From positions 3,163 to 67,162 of the forward strand of contig LFSP01000037.1 in assembly GCA_001513145.1 (NCBI GenBank): a DNA stretch of 64,000 nucleotides, given 5' to 3'. Both the position numbers and the translations under genes were made by a program. The stretch is from Clostridia bacterium DTU025. Its GTDB lineage: Bacteria > Bacillota > DTU025. The notes under the pieces are model-generated. The model was not told the origin of the DNA. It worked only from the letters and a program-made list of their open reading frames with translations, and ran no database searches. How positions within the stretch are numbered: the first letter of the stretch is position 1; each line of letters opens with the position of its first letter. Positions 61,362 to 64,000 of this stretch are shown in pieces.

Positions 61362-62273
61362 CTACTGAACGCCGAAAGGCGTTGTGGTGCCGAGGTCCTT
61401 GTACCTCTCGTTGATGATGGTGATGTCGCTGTCGGATCTGAGCTCCGCCGCCAGCTGCGTAACGCTCTTCGCCTGAGAGGCCTTGTATGCGCTCTCCACG
61501 TTGTCCCTGACTTCCTCGAAGACGGCCTCGTACGCGTCTTTCCTCTCTTCCACCTTGATGATGTGGTAGCCGAAGTCGCTCTTCACCGGGTCGCTGATCT
61601 GGCCGGGCTGCATCGCGAAGGCTGCCTTCTCGAACGGCTCCACCATCTGCCCGCGCCCGAACCAGTCAAGGTCGCCGCCGTGTATCGCCGACATGGTGTC
61701 GATGGACCTCTCCTGCGCCAGCTGGGCGAAGTCTGCGCCCTGCCCGAGCTGGGTGACGATCTCCTTGGCCTCTTCCTCGGTCTCTACCAGGATGTGCCTG
61801 GCCCTGACCATCTCAGGGGTATTGTACTGGTCTTTGTGCTCTTCAAAATACTTCCTCAGATCCTCATCGGTGATGGTCAGATCCTTGGTGGAGTACTCCA
61901 TGACCAGCAGGTTCATCTCAATGTTCTTCCTGAGGTCGTCCTCGGTCATCCCGTACTGCCAGAGGACGCTGTCGAAGCTGGAACCGAACTGCTGGCGGAT
62001 GGAGTTGAGCTCCTCTTCGACTCTATCCTTTGAAACCGTGATGCCGGCCTTCGCGGCTGCCTGCCTGATCAGGGCCTCCGTGATCATCTGGTCCAGAACG
62101 TTGTAGCCGGCCGCATCTTCCATCCTGGCGATGAAGTCCCTCTTAGAAATGCGCTCACCGTTGACTATGGCCACCGCTGAAGCCCTCGTCACGAGAACCC
62201 ACACCACTGCCACCACGGCCAACGCGACCACTGCAGCGATAACAGCATACAGACCGCGCCTGCGCTTGTCCAT
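61362..62273 (-). CDS. Peptidyl-prolyl isomerase, PrsA/SurA-like (parvulin)
   Basis: N-terminal anchor LYAVIAAVVALAVVAVVWVLV. Rotamase domain VRARHILV...GGDLDWFGRGQMVEPFEKAAF...SDFGYHIIKV. ATG 62273 follows an AAAGGGG RBS. Confidence 0.85.
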   Translation of the reverse strand: MDKRRRGLYAVIAAVVALAVVAVVWVLVTRASAVAIVNGERISKRDFIARMEDAAGYNVLDQMITEALIRQAAAKAGITVSKDRVEEELNSIRQQFGSSFDSVLWQYGMTEDDLRKNIEMNLLVMEYSTKDLTITDEDLRKYFEEHKDQYNTPEMVRARHILVETEEEAKEIVTQLGQGADFAQLAQERSIDTMSAIHGGDLDWFGRGQMVEPFEKAAFAMQPGQISDPVKSDFGYHIIKVEERKDAYEAVFEEVRDNVESAYKASQAKSVTQLAAELRSDSDITIINERYKDLGTTTPFGVQ

Positions 62274-62442
62274 ATATCGGTTTCCCCTTTCTCGAACACC
62301 GTCTACCATGATCCCAATGCCCCAGCTACACTAAACGAACAGCTGAAGAGGGCAGTTCCCTGCCTCAGTACGTTAGCTAGTGTAGCACAGGGCATATGGG
62401 GTGTCAATTTGCGCCCGCGCGCACCGAGACGCATTCTGCCTG

Positions 62443-64000
62443 CTAGTTACCTTGTTCGTCGTCCGAGTCGTACTGCACCTGCTTCCGCAGATCATAGCCC
62501 AGACGGTCGCCGATGGTCACGGTCTCGTCGGCCTTCTGGTCCTTCATGTACTTGCGGTACTCGTTGCGCTCGCCTTCCTCCAGCACTTGCCGCGCCGACA
62601 GGCTGATGCGGTGCTCTTGGGGCTTGATGCCTATGACCTTGACGGTGATCTCGTCGCCCACCTGTACAACTTCATCCGGGCGGCTGATCCGCCTATCGGA
62701 CAGCTGCGATATGTGGACCAGGCCTTCAACACCATCTGCGATGCTGACGAAGGCCCCGAAGTCCATCAGCTTGGTAACCACGCCCTTGGTGATGGTGCCC
62801 TCGGGGAAGCGCTGCGCGATGTTATCCCACGGATCAGGCTGAAGCTGCTTGTATCCAAGGGATATGCGCTCGCGCTCGGTGTCGACGTTGAGCACGACCA
62901 CCTTGATCTCCTGACCCTCGCTCAGCACCTCGCTGGGATGCTTGATCCTGCTCCAGGAGATGTCGGAGATGTGCAACAGGCCCTCGACGCCCTTGCCGAT
63001 GTCCACGAAAGCGCCGAAGGTAACTAGCCTGGTGACCTTACCGTCGAGCACCTGTCCCTTCTGTAGAGTCGCGAACGCTTCAGCCCTGGCCTTCTTTTCT
63101 TCTTCCTCCAGAACCGCCCGGTGAGAAAGGACTACGTTGGAGCGGGCAGGTTCCACTTCCCGCACCTTGAGCCTGAGGGTCTGGCCGACGAACTGGCCAA
63201 GATCCTCAACGAACCTGCGGCCGACCTGCGATGCCGGGACGAAGCCGCGCGCCTTCTCGTCGAGGCCCGGCATTCTGACGTCGACCACCAGCCCTCCCTT
63301 GACGACCTGCGTAACGGTGCTTTCGATGATCTCGCCAGTCTCCTGAGCCTCCGCGAGCTTCCGCCACAGAAGGAGGGTGTCCGCCTGAATCTTCGAGGCC
63401 ACGAGTTCGTCAGCGCCAGCCACTTTCCTCCTGCGGTCTGGAACCACGAAGATCTCATCCCCCACCGACACCACCTCGGACGCGGCAGTGACTGCTTCCC
63501 TGGTCAGCTCCTTCAGGAAGACCGTGGCAGTCTCCTCAGTCTCGAGGTGTACGATGATCCTGTCGTCGTAGACCTCTTCCACGCGCGCCTTCAAGATCTC
63601 TGGCTCCGGCGGCGCCTCGTGTGCAGGTGGCGTGACACTGACAACCTCCTGAACGTTCTCCTGATTACCCTCGATGATCTCACTCATAGCGTCCATTACC
63701 TCCTCCATAACCCAACTGGGCGTGCTCGCGCCTGCAGTCACCCCGATCAACCTAGCCCCACGCAGCGCCGATGCGTCGAGTTCGGATGAACGCTCTACTT
63801 TGAGAACGGGCACGCCTTTATCGCGGCATACTTCCGCGAGTCGCATGGTGTTGGCGCTGGCCTTTCCGCCAATTACCACCATGAGATCGACCTTTGTTGC
63901 GAGATCAGCGGCTGCGCGCTGCCTCTCAGCGGTGGCCGGGCATACGGTGTTCACGTGCTCCACATCTACGCCCATGTGCCGGGCCTTCTCCACCACGGCT
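62443..64000 (-). CDS. ispH: Bifunctional IspH (HMBPP reductase) / ribosomal protein S1 fusion; 5' end outside window
   Basis: IspH C-terminal half (VVIGGKASANTMRLAEVC...GVTAGASTP) followed by four S1 repeats (e.g. GKVTRLVTFGAFVDIG.GVEGLLHIS). Confidence 0.9.
   Translation of the reverse strand, partial: AVVEKARHMGVDVEHVNTVCPATAERQRAAADLATKVDLMVVIGGKASANTMRLAEVCRDKGVPVLKVERSSELDASALRGARLIGVTAGASTPSWVMEEVMDAMSEIIEGNQENVQEVVSVTPPAHEAPPEPEILKARVEEVYDDRIIVHLETEETATVFLKELTREAVTAASEVVSVGDEIFVVPDRRRKVAGADELVASKIQADTLLLWRKLAEAQETGEIIESTVTQVVKGGLVVDVRMPGLDEKARGFVPASQVGRRFVEDLGQFVGQTLRLKVREVEPARSNVVLSHRAVLEEEEKKARAEAFATLQKGQVLDGKVTRLVTFGAFVDIGKGVEGLLHISDISWSRIKHPSEVLSEGQEIKVVVLNVDTERERISLGYKQLQPDPWDNIAQRFPEGTITKGVVTKLMDFGAFVSIADGVEGLVHISQLSDRRISRPDEVVQVGDEITVKVIGIKPQEHRISLSARQVLEEGERNEYRKYMKDQKADETVTIGDRLGYDLRKQVQYDSDDEQGN

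Noticed and set aside
1-64000. Mobile elements, prophage, defence islands, toxin-antitoxin pairs, CRISPR-Cas
   Set aside because: No transposase, integrase, recombinase, cas, restriction-modification or phage structural genes were recognisable in any frame. The lower-GC stretches coincide with ordinary intergenic regions.

Overview
GC-rich bacterial chromosomal window, densely coded, with no transposase, integrase, prophage or CRISPR signal. The gene content suggests an endospore-forming Firmicutes-type lineage (spoIVA, lexA/yneA-like SOS module, miaB-mutS-mutL-miaA, der-plsY, ispH-S1 fusion). It also carries envelope features usually linked to an outer membrane: ExbB-ExbD-TonB, SLH proteins and a binding protein without a lipobox. 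A Symbiobacterium/Limnochordia/Thermaerobacter-like origin is only a guess. Main points: (1) About 650 nt (1852-2503) have no credible ORF, carry their own sigma-A promoter and many GC-rich hairpins, and sit in the gene order xseA-xseB-ispA-[gap]-4TM protein-dxs-tlyA-nadK-argR-recN. This is the published locus of OLE (ornate, large, extremophilic) RNA and its partner OapA. (2) A tightly packed five-gene operon (12179-18821) encodes ExbB, ExbD, a TonB-like protein, a 675-aa secreted multidomain protein and an 800-aa SLH/coiled-coil/C-terminal-TM protein. This is my best candidate for an undescribed envelope system. (3) A ydaO-type c-di-AMP riboswitch with terminator precedes an Opp/Dpp-type ABC transporter whose family-5 binding protein appears circularly permuted. 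(4) A five-ORF translationally coupled operon is built around a signal-peptide-less S8 protease and includes two tiny Trp-rich membrane peptides. (5) A 610-bp non-coding region holds REP-like palindromes, one copy of which recurs 15 kb away. The remainder is housekeeping: DNA repair, tRNA modification, four tRNAs, ddl, surE, mgtC, prsA and others. All calls come from reading the translations and motifs; no database search was run.
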